Of a stretch of 64,000 bases of DNA, positions 13,974 through 27,046 are shown one piece after another (within the stretch, counting starts at the first letter, position 1; each line of letters starts with the position of its first letter). Under the pieces are notes generated by a model. The model saw nothing but the letters and a program-made list of their open reading frames with translations. It was not told the origin of the DNA and ran no database searches. Made by a program: the position numbers and the translations under genes. The stretch covers positions 62,248,001 to 62,312,000 of the forward strand of contig OZ024742.1 in the NCBI GenBank assembly GCA_964016885.1, written 5' to 3'. Source of the DNA: Eledone cirrhosa (taxonomy: Eukaryota).

Positions 13974-16221
13974 TTAGTGTTTTTTCCTGACTTTTTGCGA
14001 GGCTTGGAATGTAGACAAAGATTTATGAAGGCAGTTTGAGAATAATTCACTTTTTTTGTTAATTAAGTTTTCATAATTAGTAATTATTAATAGGGTCTCC
14101 TTTGTACAGGGGATGCAGTTAGTTGATATAGATGAGTTCGTATATATTTTACTATTACAAAGCTTCGTCCAAAAGATCGAGTATTTTAAATTTTTGTCTT
14201 TTAATGACCATATAAGTTGTGATAAAGAAGTCGAAAACTTCCTATTAAAATTCAAAAATGAGCATTTATGATTCGCAAATTTCGATTTAAATGTCGAAGA
14301 AGTTGCTCCTATGTAGTTGTATGTGTTGTTATTTGTTTTTACGGTGCATTTATACACCAGATTTCTATCCAGACAATTATTTTGCAGAGGACAATCTGGT
14401 TTATTTCTACAATTACATTTCGATTTATTATTATTTATATTAACACTATTATTAATAGCATTATGTTGATTTTGGTTTAGAATTATACTATTTAGTTTAT
14501 GGTTTTGGGCCATATTTATAGTTGTAGAATAAGACAGTTTAATTGTGTGTCTATTAAATATGGAGTGGTATTTATGTTGACTAGGGAAGGAACTATCTAA
14601 AGCTTTAAAAAATAGATTAGCTATTGGTATTCTTACTGCTACAGAAGCAGGGGGGGGGGGGGCAAACCATATAACTGATTTAGTTCTGGTTCTTTTCCCC
14701 GATTTATTCACAGTACAGGTGTTTGAATTATAATTATTAGAATTTTTAGAATTTCGTTTATATATACCATTATTTTTATCAAGATTAAGACTCGGATTAT
14801 TATTGTCTATATATTCTATATTATTTTTATAACCTGCCTTTCTTAGCGCATCATTGTAATATCCTGCTTTTTCATCAAATATTGATTTATTGACAATATT
14901 CTAGTTATGCGTTTTTGTACACTATTTACAATTGCGTTTTTCACAGATTTAGGGTGATTAGAGTAATAACTAACGTAATTTAAGTTTTCATTGGGCTTAT
15001 GGAAAGGGTAGTAAAAATCAGAGTTTAAGGTAAGGGTAACATCAAGGAAATTAACTATTTAATACTTTCTACCTCTAATTTAAGGTCGTAATTTTTAAAG
15101 AATTCAATTATATTTTTCTTTACCCTATTTAGTTCTGTATTGTGTTTAACAACCGTAAATAAAATATCGTCCCTATATAAACCACCGGTAATCTCCGGCA
15201 GTTTTCTATTTATCATATTTAAGATGAAAATCCCCAGAAGATCCGTGACTTGCGCTGAGTCAGATGATCCCATGGTAATGTCGAAGTTTCTATTTCTATC
15301 TAAGCGGGTCCAATACTCATTGTTGAAGTTAATTAGAGTTCTTCTATCAGTTAATATGATATCAATTTCATCCGTAGTTAGATCTGTATGCTTGTAAGCG
15401 TATTTTAGTAGGTTAGGCGTAATGGAAGAGTAATAGCTTGTTATGTCCATCTGGATGAATTTATGGTTTTTCTTATCATCTATATTTTTATACCATTCAA
15501 TCACTTCGTTTGTATCCTTCCACAAGCTCAATTTAGACCTCAATTTCAAAATAGGTAGAATTCTATCAATAATATTTTTACTGATTACTCCAATATCCGA
15601 TTTGGATGGAGCAATCAGTCTATCTGGCAGGTCTTCCTCAAAGTTTCTTTTGTGATCTTTAAAATTGATCCTCGGCTGTCTAGGTATAAGAGGCTCGGTT
15701 CTTCCTTCAATTCCTAACTTTGCAATTAATTTATATGCATCATTATTGATGTCTATAAGATCTTCAGCCGGGGCTTTTTTAAAATAATTTTTCCTTAGTT
15801 CTTTTAAAATCAAATCATTATATTCTTTTTTATTTATCCCATATAAATTATTTGTTTTGTCTGATTTTACCAATATTTTATTAACTTTTTTTATTTCCGA
15901 GATTTTTTCCTTTAAAGTTCTAGGGTATTGGTGACCTATATATGGGTTTTTCCTGAATTTAATTTTCTTAAGTATATTGAGCATTTCAGTTTCAAAATCC
16001 CCCAGGAGTTTGTTGTATGGAAGATTCTTTCTGGATTTAAATATAGTTTCGAAATAATTGCTGTTGGTTTTTCTTTTAGCTTCTTTATTATCGAAATGAA
16101 ATGCTCGCCATCTCACTCTTCTTATAAAAGAGTTTGTTTGTTCAATAAGTTTCTTCATGAATTCCTCATTAGATGGTATAGGTATATCCTTGAGGGATGT
16201 CGGGAAGGTTAAGAATTCCAT
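13974..16221 (-). pseudogene. Frameshifted PLE polyprotein (reverse transcriptase + GIY-YIG endonuclease)
   Basis: ORF 15055-16221: DITSYYSSI, ITMGSSDSA, GLYRDD; ORF 13974-14711: CNC..CPL..CL..VYKC..YIGAT..CIPC..NKKSE..CLH; linker VNFLDVTL read in a shifted frame. Confidence 0.9.
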
Positions 16222-16427
16222 AATTTATTAAATATGCAATCTATTGTAGAGAAAAGCGGTCAACCTGCTGGGTGATATATATATTTAAAAGTTAAACAAG
16301 GTTCAATGAATACATCAAAGAATGAGTTTTACAATAGATTGGAAGCACTCAACTGATAAAAAGGGTTTCGAGAGTTATTAATATTAATTCAAAATATTAA
16401 CAAAATAGATATTCATGTGATCAAGTA

Positions 16428-16494
16428 TATTTTATTATACATATTTCAGAGGTACTGAGTTAAGTTCAACGGTACGTCCTCATCAGATAAAATA
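16428..16494 (-). ncRNA. Minimal hammerhead ribozyme in the 5' pseudo-LTR
   Basis: Second copy of the 13571-13637 motif. Confidence 0.8.
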
Positions 16495-17349
16495 AGATGA
16501 TACATGACATACCCTGACATAGTAGATGGTTAAGATTCAGTCATGGTAGTGATTAACATATGATAAAACTCAATATTTATACCCTAATATACCGAACATG
16601 AGAAAAACATATAATACAAACAATAGAGAGGGTGCGTGTAATACAGCTTCAAAAAAATACATGGCATCAATATAACAGTTAAAAAATTTTCTTTTTTAAA
16701 ACTACTGAAGAAAGATGAGGGAAAGGAAAGCATAGAGGAAGAAACAGCTGATTTGATACTATATTTAGTAGGTGGCTCAAAAAAAAATGAAAGATGATTA
16801 AAGAGAAAGAGAGACAAGGGGGGTAATTTATGTTCAAGTTTATAGACAATTTTCCATATATGCAACATATATCCAAATTAAATTAGTTGGCCGTTAATAT
16901 TCAAAATATTTAATTTAAGATATTTCAGAGTAATGAGTAATATTTTAGGTTTTAAAAGTTAATAGGTATTTGTATTAATATTATAATTATACTATCAAGT
17001 TTAATTTCTAAAATTCAAATTTTATGAAAACAAATTTAAAGGATTTACGAAACACGAGAAAGAAAATATATAATGCTTTTATACCCCCACGAAGGTAATC
17101 TTTACCAAAATTATTTGTAATATTGACAACAGTTTATATAATATAATTTATAAAATAATTATAGTTATAATTGTTAAAGAATTTATGGTTAAATAGTTTG
17201 AGTGCCTAACTCTGGAAAACCTTCTGTTGAGTGCTTCCAATCTATTGTAAAACTCATTCTTTGATGTATTCATTGAACCTTGTTTAACTTTTAAATATAT
17301 ATATATATATATATATTTATATGAATACATTTGTTTGTGTGTATTTCAG

Positions 17350-17507
17350 GAATGCAAAATTCTACATTTCCTACGAATTAAAGGAATGTAATGATTCTAT
17401 TGGTTGGATGGGGGTTTATGTTAAGAAGCATCCTTGCTTGAAAGACCCTCCTAAATATCCAGAAATTGTATATTCAAACAAAATGACAAGAACAGATTTG
17501 ACACAAG
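17350..17507 (+). CDS. Coding exon, gene copy 1: (G)NAKFYISYELKECNDSIGWMGVYVKKHPCLKDPPKYPEIVYSNKMTRTDLTQ
   Basis: tttcag acceptor, gtaagt donor, phase 2 to 1, in frame with both neighbours. Confidence 0.85.
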
Positions 17508-17599
17508 GTAAGTGTTTATCCCTGTAACTTATTTTAAGCCAGTACAAGACTATACTATACAACATGTCTTTTTCTCACCCAATGGTTGTAACCTACTAC

Positions 17600-18150
17600 A
17601 AGGATCAAGTAGATGTACTAATCAGCGGTAACTATATAGGTATTAAGTTGAAGGAATAGCTCATGAAAATTATCAAGAGTTAATTAGGAGCATATTGAAG
17701 CTAGATAAAATACAGTTTGGAATTATGTTAGGTAGGGGTACTACCCTCTTCCTTATGAGACTACTGCAGAAGAAGTATGTAGTTAAACGTAAGCCTCTGT
17801 ACCCAGAATTCATTGCACAAGAGAACCCCTTTGACAGTTTTCTCTGCTCTGTAATCTGCTAGGCTTCAATGAAGATAGGTGTTGATGAATGGCTTTTTAG
17901 GTCCATACAAGTCATGTTTTAAAGTGCAATCAACAAGGTGACAGTTGGAAATTGGTATAGTGAGGAATTTGAAATGTAGCTGGGTATCCATCAGAGTTTC
18001 GTCCTCAGTTTACTTCTGTTTATTATTCTTCAAGCCATAATAGAGGAGTTAAACACTGAATGTCTATGAAAGCTGAACTTAGGAAACTGAATATCACGAC
18101 AAAGATATTAAAGAACCACAAGGAGTGGCACCATGCAGTACTGGAGGACA
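17600..18150 (+). mobile_element. RTE RT fragment
   Basis: Degenerate QFG..GRGT, LQKKY and GIHQ..VLS motifs similar to 6300-6700. Confidence 0.6.
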
Positions 18151-19559
18151 CTTGTCTATTAATAGTAGAATGTAAACGTGATCTGACCTATTCATGCCAC
18201 ACTACTCCATTACTCTCTAGTAACTATTCTGACCATCACTGTACTTTATCTGAGATCAGTCCCACCCTTCTCCACTCTCATGTCACCCGGTCAAATGGTT
18301 GTGGTGCTAATAAGTATGTGGTGTTAGTGCTGGTCTGTTGGTGGAGGTAGTGATGTTAATAGGGGTGTGGTGTTTGTGGTTGTGTTGGTCAAATGGTAGT
18401 GGTGCTAACAAGGGTGAGGTGTTAGTGATGATGTTGGTGGTGGTAGTGGTGCGAATATGAGTGTGGTTTTAGTTGTGGTTTTGGTGATGGTGTTGGTAGT
18501 GGTGCTAGAGGTGATGTGTTGCTGGCAGCGGTGTAACGTGGCATTAGTGATGGTGCTGATGTTGGTAGTAGTGTGGTGTTAGTGGCAGTGTTTGTAGTAG
18601 TACTAATAGGAATGTGGTGTTAGTGGGGATGTTGGTGGTGGAAATGATGTAGTTTGGTTTCAGTATTGATTGTTGTCTGGGTTTCGTGGTGGTGTTGATA
18701 GTGGTATGGTTTATAGCATAGATGGTGGTATTAGTAGCGTTAGTTGTTGTTGTTGTTTATTATCATGAGACATATATTCCAAGACATCAAGCAGCAAATT
18801 GGCAAAGTCATTGCATTATTGGATAGAATTATGTGTGCTATTATTTCTGGTTTTCTGTATTCAGGGTACAAACCCTGCTCAGGTATATTTCGTGTTTCAT
18901 GCTTCCAAATCAACAAAAAAGTACCAATTTCGTACTGGTATCGATTCTTTCTCCATATATCTTTTTACTTCCAATCTATCATTTTCTCTCATTCTCTGGA
19001 AGAAATCGTCTTTGTTCAGACCTGGCAAAGATGAGGCTTTGCCAGTTTGACATGCCCGAGACATGTTGTATATTACTATTGTGACTTTACGACTCCACCA
19101 AAAATTACAGATCTAGAGAGGAGAGAAACAGAGTGAGAGAAATGGAGGGGAGAGAGAGAGAGAGATCCCAAGACATCCTTCTACATCCATGTACACCACA
19201 TCTTACAAAATACACGCAGCAGATGGTGTTATTGGAAGTGAAGAGAGATTGCGTGAATAATTCGTTCACTTAAAATATTTGTTTCTGTATCTAAAGTGTA
19301 GATATCACTCACAAACTTGTTCTCAGTTCAAATTCTTCCAATGTACATGATATATCGTATGTTTTAGAATTGGGTAAAATAATTACCAATCTCTAACTAC
19401 TCGGTATTAAGTGGATACTAAGAAAATTATGGGAACCAATCAATTTTAATCAATTAAGATTACACACGTGGTGAGGAGAATAAAAACAGATTAATTCTTC
19501 TCAAGAAATGAAATCAAGGGAGGCAACGCACAACTATTAATTGATTTAAATTAATAAAT

Positions 19560-19695
19560 AGTTGTTTCTACTTGTTGGCACAAGGCCAGCAATTATCCCA
19601 GTGCATGACTGGTACTTTATTTTATCGACCCCGTAATGATGAAAGGCAAAGCTAACCTCGGCGGGATTTGAACTCAGAATGTAAAGGGCTATAAC
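19560..19695 (-). mobile_element. SINE copy
   Basis: Reverse complement of the 3' part of 998-1174. Confidence 0.8.
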
Positions 19696-19945
19696 TCAAT
19701 AAATTAATAAATAACGAAATAGCATAGATCTCATATTTTTGAAGAGGCGTTGTTTCCCTTGGAGTTAGGTGTTCTGAAAGTGTTGTGGTGTTGATATTGG
19801 TAGTAATGTACACATGTGGTAATTCATTATTAATCAGATTCGAACCTGACATGTTTTTAAATATCACCTGATATTTTGCTTACCTTTCTAAACATTCTTC
19901 CAATCAATTGATTTATAATAAAACTGTTTTTCTTTAATTTTACAG

Positions 19946-19995
19946 AATCTTATTCAACAGCTGATTCTTTGTCCATTTATGTAAAGTTGACATAA
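19946..19995 (+). CDS. Terminal coding exon, gene copy 1: (E)SYSTADSLSIYVKLT*
   Basis: Polypyrimidine tract + tacag acceptor, phase 1 matches the previous donor, TAA at 19993-19995. Confidence 0.7.
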
Positions 19996-20595
19996 ATATT
20001 TCACAAGATATTAACAGTATTTAAAGTAGAGGACTTTAGAGAACGAGAAAAACGATTCCATAGTTTTACAGGACATTCATTTGTTTTTTGTGTTGATAAA
20101 TAACATTACAAATTATTCACAATTCTTTCAGAATGAAAATATAAACAAATATAATCACATAGTAAATACAATTAACTATGAACCTTACCAATACAATGCA
20201 TTCAAATATACGATCAAATCAAGAGAAAGAGAAAAAAGGAACAAAAACAAAAACGACCAACAATTACCCATCAAATGCGACAATCAGTCGCACATGACAT
20301 GGGCCAACGGAAAGAGCAAACTGGTACATCTCCAACACAGGTAACATATATTCACAGATTACAAGCTAATAAAAGTATCTTAGAAGTCACACCACATAAT
20401 TTAGAACATCTTATATCACTTGAAGAGTAACACCTATGATAGTACATTAAATGTAGAATTATATAACAGAAAACACAGGAAGAAATACCCATAATATTTT
20501 ACATGTATAAATATTAGTATGTTTATGTGTATGTATGTGAATGTATGTATGTATGTATGTATGTATGTATGTATGTATGTATGTATGTATGTATG

Positions 20596-20626
<31 letters not shown>

Positions 20627-20914
20627 CCCCATAGAACCTATTGCAGTGTTACTGGTAACATGTAACCCAGTACAACCTGTCGCATGGTCGGGTCTTTGGC
20701 AACTAAACCGGCAACCCCACCAAGTTTTCTTGGTGAGGAGGGTGATTTTGGACACCCTGCAGGACAAAAAACAAAACCTGACAAAGGGCGGAAGAACTCA
20801 TGAGAGAAAACGGCCATCCAAAAATGTGTAAATATGTATATACACGTGTACATATGTACATATGTATATATATGTGTGTGCATGTATGCATATGTATGTA
20901 TATATGCGCGGGGA

Positions 20915-21510
20915 CATAGAAATAATCGGGCTGGATACCCGATTGCGCGGTTAAACCAGTAGGATTGAAGGACCCCTAGCCTTTCTCAGGGTATTCTTCT
21001 AGAAGAAGGCAACTCAGGAATCTGGGATAACTCCAACATAAAACCTGCGGCTCAGTAGTTACCGATGATGTTGATATTTTTTTCTTTTCGGGTTATAGCT
21101 ACTGTCGCTCAGAGAGTGGGATTGGCTCAGTGCACAGACTTTCCTTACTTAAACAAACATCTTGACGCAAAGGCATTGCACGATAGAATTAATTAATAAT
21201 TATTAATAATATAATATCATGCAATGGCCTTACTCGATAACGAGGGGCAACCATCATGTATGTATGTAAGTATGCATGCAGGCATGCATGCGTGGGGGAT
21301 AGAAATACGTGGTTTGGTGCCTGAGTGCGCAGTTAGCCCATCGGGTGTGAGAGGTCCCTAGTTCTTGTTAGGGCATCACTCTTGGAGAAGGATGGCACTG
21401 ATGTAAAACCTGCGACTCGATGGCAGCCAATGACATTAACCTGTTCTTCATTTTGCATAACTATCACTGTTAGGATCGGTCCAATGCAAAGCCTTTCTTC
21501 GCTTAAAACA
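20915..21510 (+). repeat. Two diverged direct copies of a ~220-bp repeat (about 20915-21160 and 21295-21510)
   Basis: Shared atagaaata..tgcgc.gtta..ccctag..gaagg..taaaacctgcg.ctc..ctt.c.t..cttaaa blocks. Confidence 0.5.
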
Positions 21511-21867
21511 AGCTTCAAAAACAGGTTTTACTAGATCTAAACGACTCTCACGTGTGTTTTGTGAACATGGCCTTTTCTTTTCCTTTCGGAAAAGGCAGAA
21601 CAAAATCTAAAACATTAGAAGGACTAAAAGGTATTGTTGGTGCCACCCATGTTTGAGAAAATAGTATTAATGGAAAAATGAAAGACATAAACGACATATA
21701 TTTGATCTGCCTTTGTCACTAATATTTTCCTCTTTAAAACTTTAGATATTATATAGATGAACTGAGCTATCCCTTTAAAAAAAACAACTGGCAATTATAT
21801 GCTATCATTTTAATTCTATACTTTCCTTTGAGATTTGTTTATATAGTTCTATATTTTATATATATAT

Positions 21868-22340
21868 ATATAGAAAGGATAAAAAGGACGATTGATTATT
21901 CCTTCATTGCATTTATTGATAGGTGACGCGCGTTTCGCCCCGATCAGCTCAAGGTTCGATCTATATGGATCCTACCCGACTCAATAATCGGCAGCTCGAC
22001 GGACCCTCTTAAAATGCTATAAGAAAATGAAATACATGCTATGTGGTAAAGTCAAACTTTACCACATAGCATGTATTTCATTTTCTTATAGCATTTTAAG
22101 AGGGTCCGTCGAGCTACCGATTATTGAGTCGGGTAGGATCGATATAGATCGAACCTTGAGCTGATCAGTGGCGAAACGCGCGTCACCTATCAATAAATGC
22201 AATGAAAGAATAATCAATCGTCCTTTTTATCCTTTCTATATTTTACACTCTGTATAGCTCTACACATCATCACAGAAGTGAACCTAAACATCGAGTGCTC
22301 ACCCGGGTGAACCTGCAGTAACTCCTAGTTACACCCACTG
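21868..22340 (+). mobile_element. Fold-back element (184-bp arms, 5-nt loop) plus ~100-bp tail in (TA)n
   Basis: Arms 21868-22051 / 22057-22241; contains GAAACGCGCGTC..AATAAA; non-fold-back sibling at 60930-61073. Confidence 0.9.
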
Positions 22341-22880
22341 TATATATATATATATATATACATGTGTAATTGTGTTTTAATACCTCCACACCCACACATA
22401 TACATATGTTTTTTTTATTATAAAAATATAATATGCTTCGTGTGGCTGTATTTTATATTTATTGAATTACATATTTATGTATTTATTTATTACATCTTTT
22501 AGAGAAAATTGTTATTATGTAACACTTATCTCAGTGGTACCTACTATATCTTGGCTACAGTTTCAATAAATATCATTAAATACATTTCTCTATTATTGTT
22601 TTAAATTATTTGGTGTTGACAAAAGAATTTCGTATTAAAAACATTCTATAAAATATCAGCCATAATAATATTATTTTATTCTTTTGATAGTTTCAGTCTT
22701 TGTCTAAATAGAAACTGTGTTGAACATAATTTCGTAAACCATTAATATTTTCCTGTCGAGTTTAGCAAGAGTAATCTCCATATTTGGGAATGTTTCGACT
22801 GGGATGAAATATACACTGACACACACACACACACACACACGCACACACGCACACACGCACACACGCACGCACACACGCAC

Positions 22881-22967
<87 letters not shown>

Positions 22968-23348
22968 CCAAGTAAACAATACTTCCATTAATCATTCAAA
23001 GTTATGACAAGAAATTAACCGTTAAGTATTTGTTCAAAGCTCTCACAACTCTACTGTTAATAATGTCCTTTTTCTTTCTCTTTTTTCTTCATATCTTCCT
23101 CTTTTTCATTCCACTCATCTCAAGCTAAACTTTCTTTCTTTCTTAAATTGTATTTACATGATAAATACAACTTGCTATTAGTAGTTTCTGTTTTATATAA
23201 AATTACTTTTTTATTGTATATTTTATATTATGTTTAGTAATTTATTTATTTACTTGTTTGGGGTCAATAAGGTTCAAGGATTCCATGAAGAGGTCGATGA
23301 AGAAACAGGTTTAAGGCACCCTGATCTAGATAACAGTATCCCACTCCA

Positions 23349-23437
<89 letters not shown>

Positions 23438-25380
23438 ACGTCTGTGTTGGATATCCATCAGTTTCGATGAAGTGTATCAACTGTTTGATCAATGAAACAG
23501 AGTGCTCGTGAAATTAACGTGCAAATGATGATGATTAAACATCTTCAATAGATCTGACTGGATCTCCAAGCCAAACCAACCAAGCTCATGGATGTTATCC
23601 AACCTTCTTGCTCTTGGTCCACACCTGGGTATCTTGCCTGTTGGTTTCGCCCGTCAAATCTGTGAAGCGATTCTTTCTTGAGACATTTTAAGCACAGATC
23701 TGTAACATCGAAGCGGTGATCTAACAATTTCAAGAAGTAACAGCTGTATCTGGAGCGACTTTCTGATCTTCGAGCAACATACTCTATTGAGTAACGTTAC
23801 TCCAAAGACTCTTCGAAGAAACCACCATTTCGGCTGCTTGAATTCGCGTTTATATTTCTGTCATTACCCATCCGTTCTTTCTGACCTCAGCATCCGAGAT
23901 GTTCATCATTGGCCCAGATGAATCACGTGTACATCAGAAAATGATGTGATCGGGTTTAGTGATCAGTAAAGTATTCTGTATATTTCGCGATGACGCACCT
24001 CTATGAAGAGAGGAGACCCCAGATGCGAGTGAGCAGGTGTAGAAGGGGACTTCTTATTACGAAGCTGGCGTATGGTCTTCGGAACAGTCTATTTGCTGAT
24101 CTGAAGTCGGATTTCAGCTTAACCCCAATGTCCTCCCCTATCATAACTTTGGACACCTTTATTGCTTCCCTTGCGACCTTTCTCGCCTGCTTATACGACA
24201 AGTGCAAGTTTCTGTCAACATCTCTATTATCACCAAGATAATGCTTAATTATCATTGCTACAGCATAAAAGCCAGACGTTAATTTACCAAATTCTTTGGG
24301 CTTTAACTTGTAAAAAAAATATCTTCCCCGATTTCGTCTGTAGCATGCAGAATTTCTTTATTCAGTTTCTTGTTTAATATCGATGTTTTTTGTCTTTTTG
24401 CCTTGAATTGTGCATATGATTGGTTTGGATAGTTTCACTAAGGATATATTTTAACTGTCTTTATTCTTCCGTTTCATAAGTAATGGTAGATTTATTATCA
24501 CTGACGTTATTGTGTTGCCGATAGTTAACGTGACTGCGAGATATAGCAGTGGCGATAACGCCTGCTGTAACACGTGGAGTCATATATCTCGGCAGCATGG
24601 CTGTTGATTATTGTTGAGAGGACAATGCTCAGTTTGTGTTGTCATTTGTAGAGTTTATAGGCATCTATTATTGTTTTGAGTAATGTTTATGTTATATTTC
24701 TGTTCGACAAACGTTGCTTATTGACGCAATTGTTTGGCTGTGAAATAATTTAGCTCTAGGGGAAGTGCTTCCCAGTGTAGCTTCATTCTTTTCATATAAC
24801 CAACAGAGAGGTCATTTCTGCCGTTTTATAAGGAAAAAGCAATTTATAGTTTTAAGTAAATAAAAAACGAAAACTAAAAAGATGTTGTGTACCTTCGTTG
24901 CTTTTCTTCGATTTCACAAGTATAGATGTTGATTTTGTCGTATCGAGTCATGTTGTTTGTAGCAAATCCTTGTAAAGTGCATTCAATTTCTAGCCTGATA
25001 TCTCTACGACAACGAATAAAAGGTACTTTTCAATGAATATCATCAGAAGAATGTCTAGCTTTTAACAACCTTGCTAATTGGAACATTATTGTTGAAGAGA
25101 GTATTCATCTTATATTTTATGAATTGTCGCACGTATCATATGTTCGGTTGCTCACACGTCATATGTATCTATTTATATATCAGTCTCTCTGTTTGTTTGA
25201 ATATTTGTTTGTTTTTATGCATGCATGTTCTTCTGGTTTTATAATTTCACAAATTTTTGCCAATAGAGAGAGAGAGTCAGTTTCTCACATAAATACAAGA
25301 CTCATTACAATATACACAACATCATCTAGGTAGATATGTATGCATGTCTGCATGCATGTATGTGTGTACAGGCGTAGATG

Positions 25381-26006
25381 TTATTGTATGTGTGGATGTG
25401 TATGTTTTGAGTTATATGTGTGCATATGCATATGCTTTGTATAAGTGTATATGCAGTTATTAGATACAGAATTTTTGGATGTTTTACATATTCTTACTGT
25501 TCCATTAATGGATTGTACTTGTAATTTCCTAACTAGTTGTGTTCTTTCTGTTTCTGTGAAGCCCAGCCTCACAAGATTTGTACTGAGGCAGTTACTAACA
25601 TATTCCAATGCCCCAATAATTACAGGCATAAATCTGAAGGTATAGTGAGGGTGGAGTATCCTCCTGCGAGCCAATGATGTATTCTTCACATTTCTTGAGC
25701 AGAAAGGACAAGGGGGTTAATGATAGGATAATTAGTAGCACAGAGAGACTGTCTCCTTGAAATATAACCCTGTGATATTCTATTTTATCAGTGAAAATAG
25801 AGTCCTCTTTCTCTGTTTTTAACTTTAGGATAGTAGCCCAAGAAGACAGCTTCTCTATGGCTCTGATAATAATGCCTGGGACTTTGGCAAATCGGAGGGC
25901 CTCTATCATCCAAGAGTGGGGAACAGAATCAAATGCTTTCTTGTAATCCAGCCAGACTGTAGCCATATTTCTTCTAAGTTGTCGCACCTCTGACATCACA
26001 GTTTTG
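25381..26006 (-). mobile_element. R4/Dong-type (restriction-like endonuclease) non-LTR retrotransposon fragment, internally deleted
   Basis: WLDYKKAFDSVPHSW, IFQGDSLS and C-terminal PVIIGAL. Confidence 0.75.
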
Positions 26007-26462
26007 TTCGGCTGCTCATACGTCATATGTATCTATTTATATATCAGTCTTTCTGTCGAAGCATTTAAGTGATTTGATAGAATTGGAAATGCTTCACTGT
26101 CGTTGCTAGGGCGTATAAAACAGGCGTTGATTTGCCAAAATGAGGGGGTTTTAAATCGTCGTAAATATTCATCCCTTATTTCGTCACTAGCATGTAAGAT
26201 TGCATTATTTGGTTTTATTTTGTTTAATATCGTTGTTTTATTACGTTCAGGAAGAGAAATGTTTATACATGAATTAATTTCTCTCTGAAGGAAAATTTCA
26301 ATTGTTTATACTTTTGATTATTATTATCGATAGTGTTTTCGATAGTAGTCGTGACAGACTCAGATGGTGTACGTGGTGGCATATTTCTTACGGGTATAGT
26401 TGTTTCAAGGCACTGTTTGGCCTGGCTGTGATATTAATTTCATGTTTGTTTCGAAGGACTTA

Positions 26463-27046
26463 TCTATATTTATAAAACTGAGGATGTCTGTCTGTGTGTG
26501 TGTGTGTGAGTTTGAATCCTTAAAACTAGAGAAGCACCCAACCGACTGTTTTCAAACTTTATACATGTAATACTTATGTTTCAGGGAGTGTTCTGAGCAA
26601 AAACAATTTCAAATTTTCAATGCCCTAGAGACCGCATTAGGCGATTTAGCGATCTCTCTCTATAATTCTTAGTATTTCTCTTTTTAGATAGATACATACA
26701 TATAACGTCGCGCCCTTATAATACCTGACTGTCTGCATTACGTCACTTCCTACAATTCGCTCTGCGTCCAGAACGCACCCTTATAATATCTGTCTATATG
26801 TCTGGCTGTCTGCTGCCTCCGGTTATTTTGCAACCCTTGCTCAAGACAAATCTCACACTCATTCCCCAAACAGTTGGTAAGTGCACACAACTTCTTCCTC
26901 ACGTTTTAAGCCACAATGTTGCTTACTTACGTACCACCAGACCCTTACTTCTTTGCCAGCCGTGGTTGTGGCAATACTAAGCTTAGCTAAGGCGGTTATA
27001 TATATCACAATACCTTATCCCGTGCAACGCCAGGTACCACTGCTAG
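26463..27046 (+). mobile_element. Non-autonomous Helitron
   Basis: 5' A|TCTATATTTATAAAA, 3' GC-rich cccgtgcaacgccagg then CTAG|T; no target-site duplication. Confidence 0.7.

Larger units (their letters stand above)
13528..17300 (-). mobile_element. Near full-length Penelope-like element (Naiad-like) with direct pseudo-LTRs and an inverted terminal segment
   Basis: RT + GIY-YIG ORF; ~248-bp direct repeats 13524-13771 / 16381-16628 (four mismatches seen); inverted repeat 16272-16376 / 17207-17300; both ends in (TA)n. Confidence 0.9.

Noticed and set aside
20915-21510. Possible HDV-like ribozymes at LINE-like 5' ends
   Set aside because: A P1-like pairing (ggtgcctga/ttagggcatc) is visible but I could not complete P1.1, P2 or the catalytic strand
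21868-22241. Palindromes as assembly or fold-back read artefacts
   Set aside because: Most arms differ by several substitutions or indels and share a consistent (TA)n/tail architecture; the short perfect one at 61221 still needs long-read confirmation
23545-24400. Possible LINE fragment on the minus strand
   Set aside because: Too degenerate to assign motifs confidently
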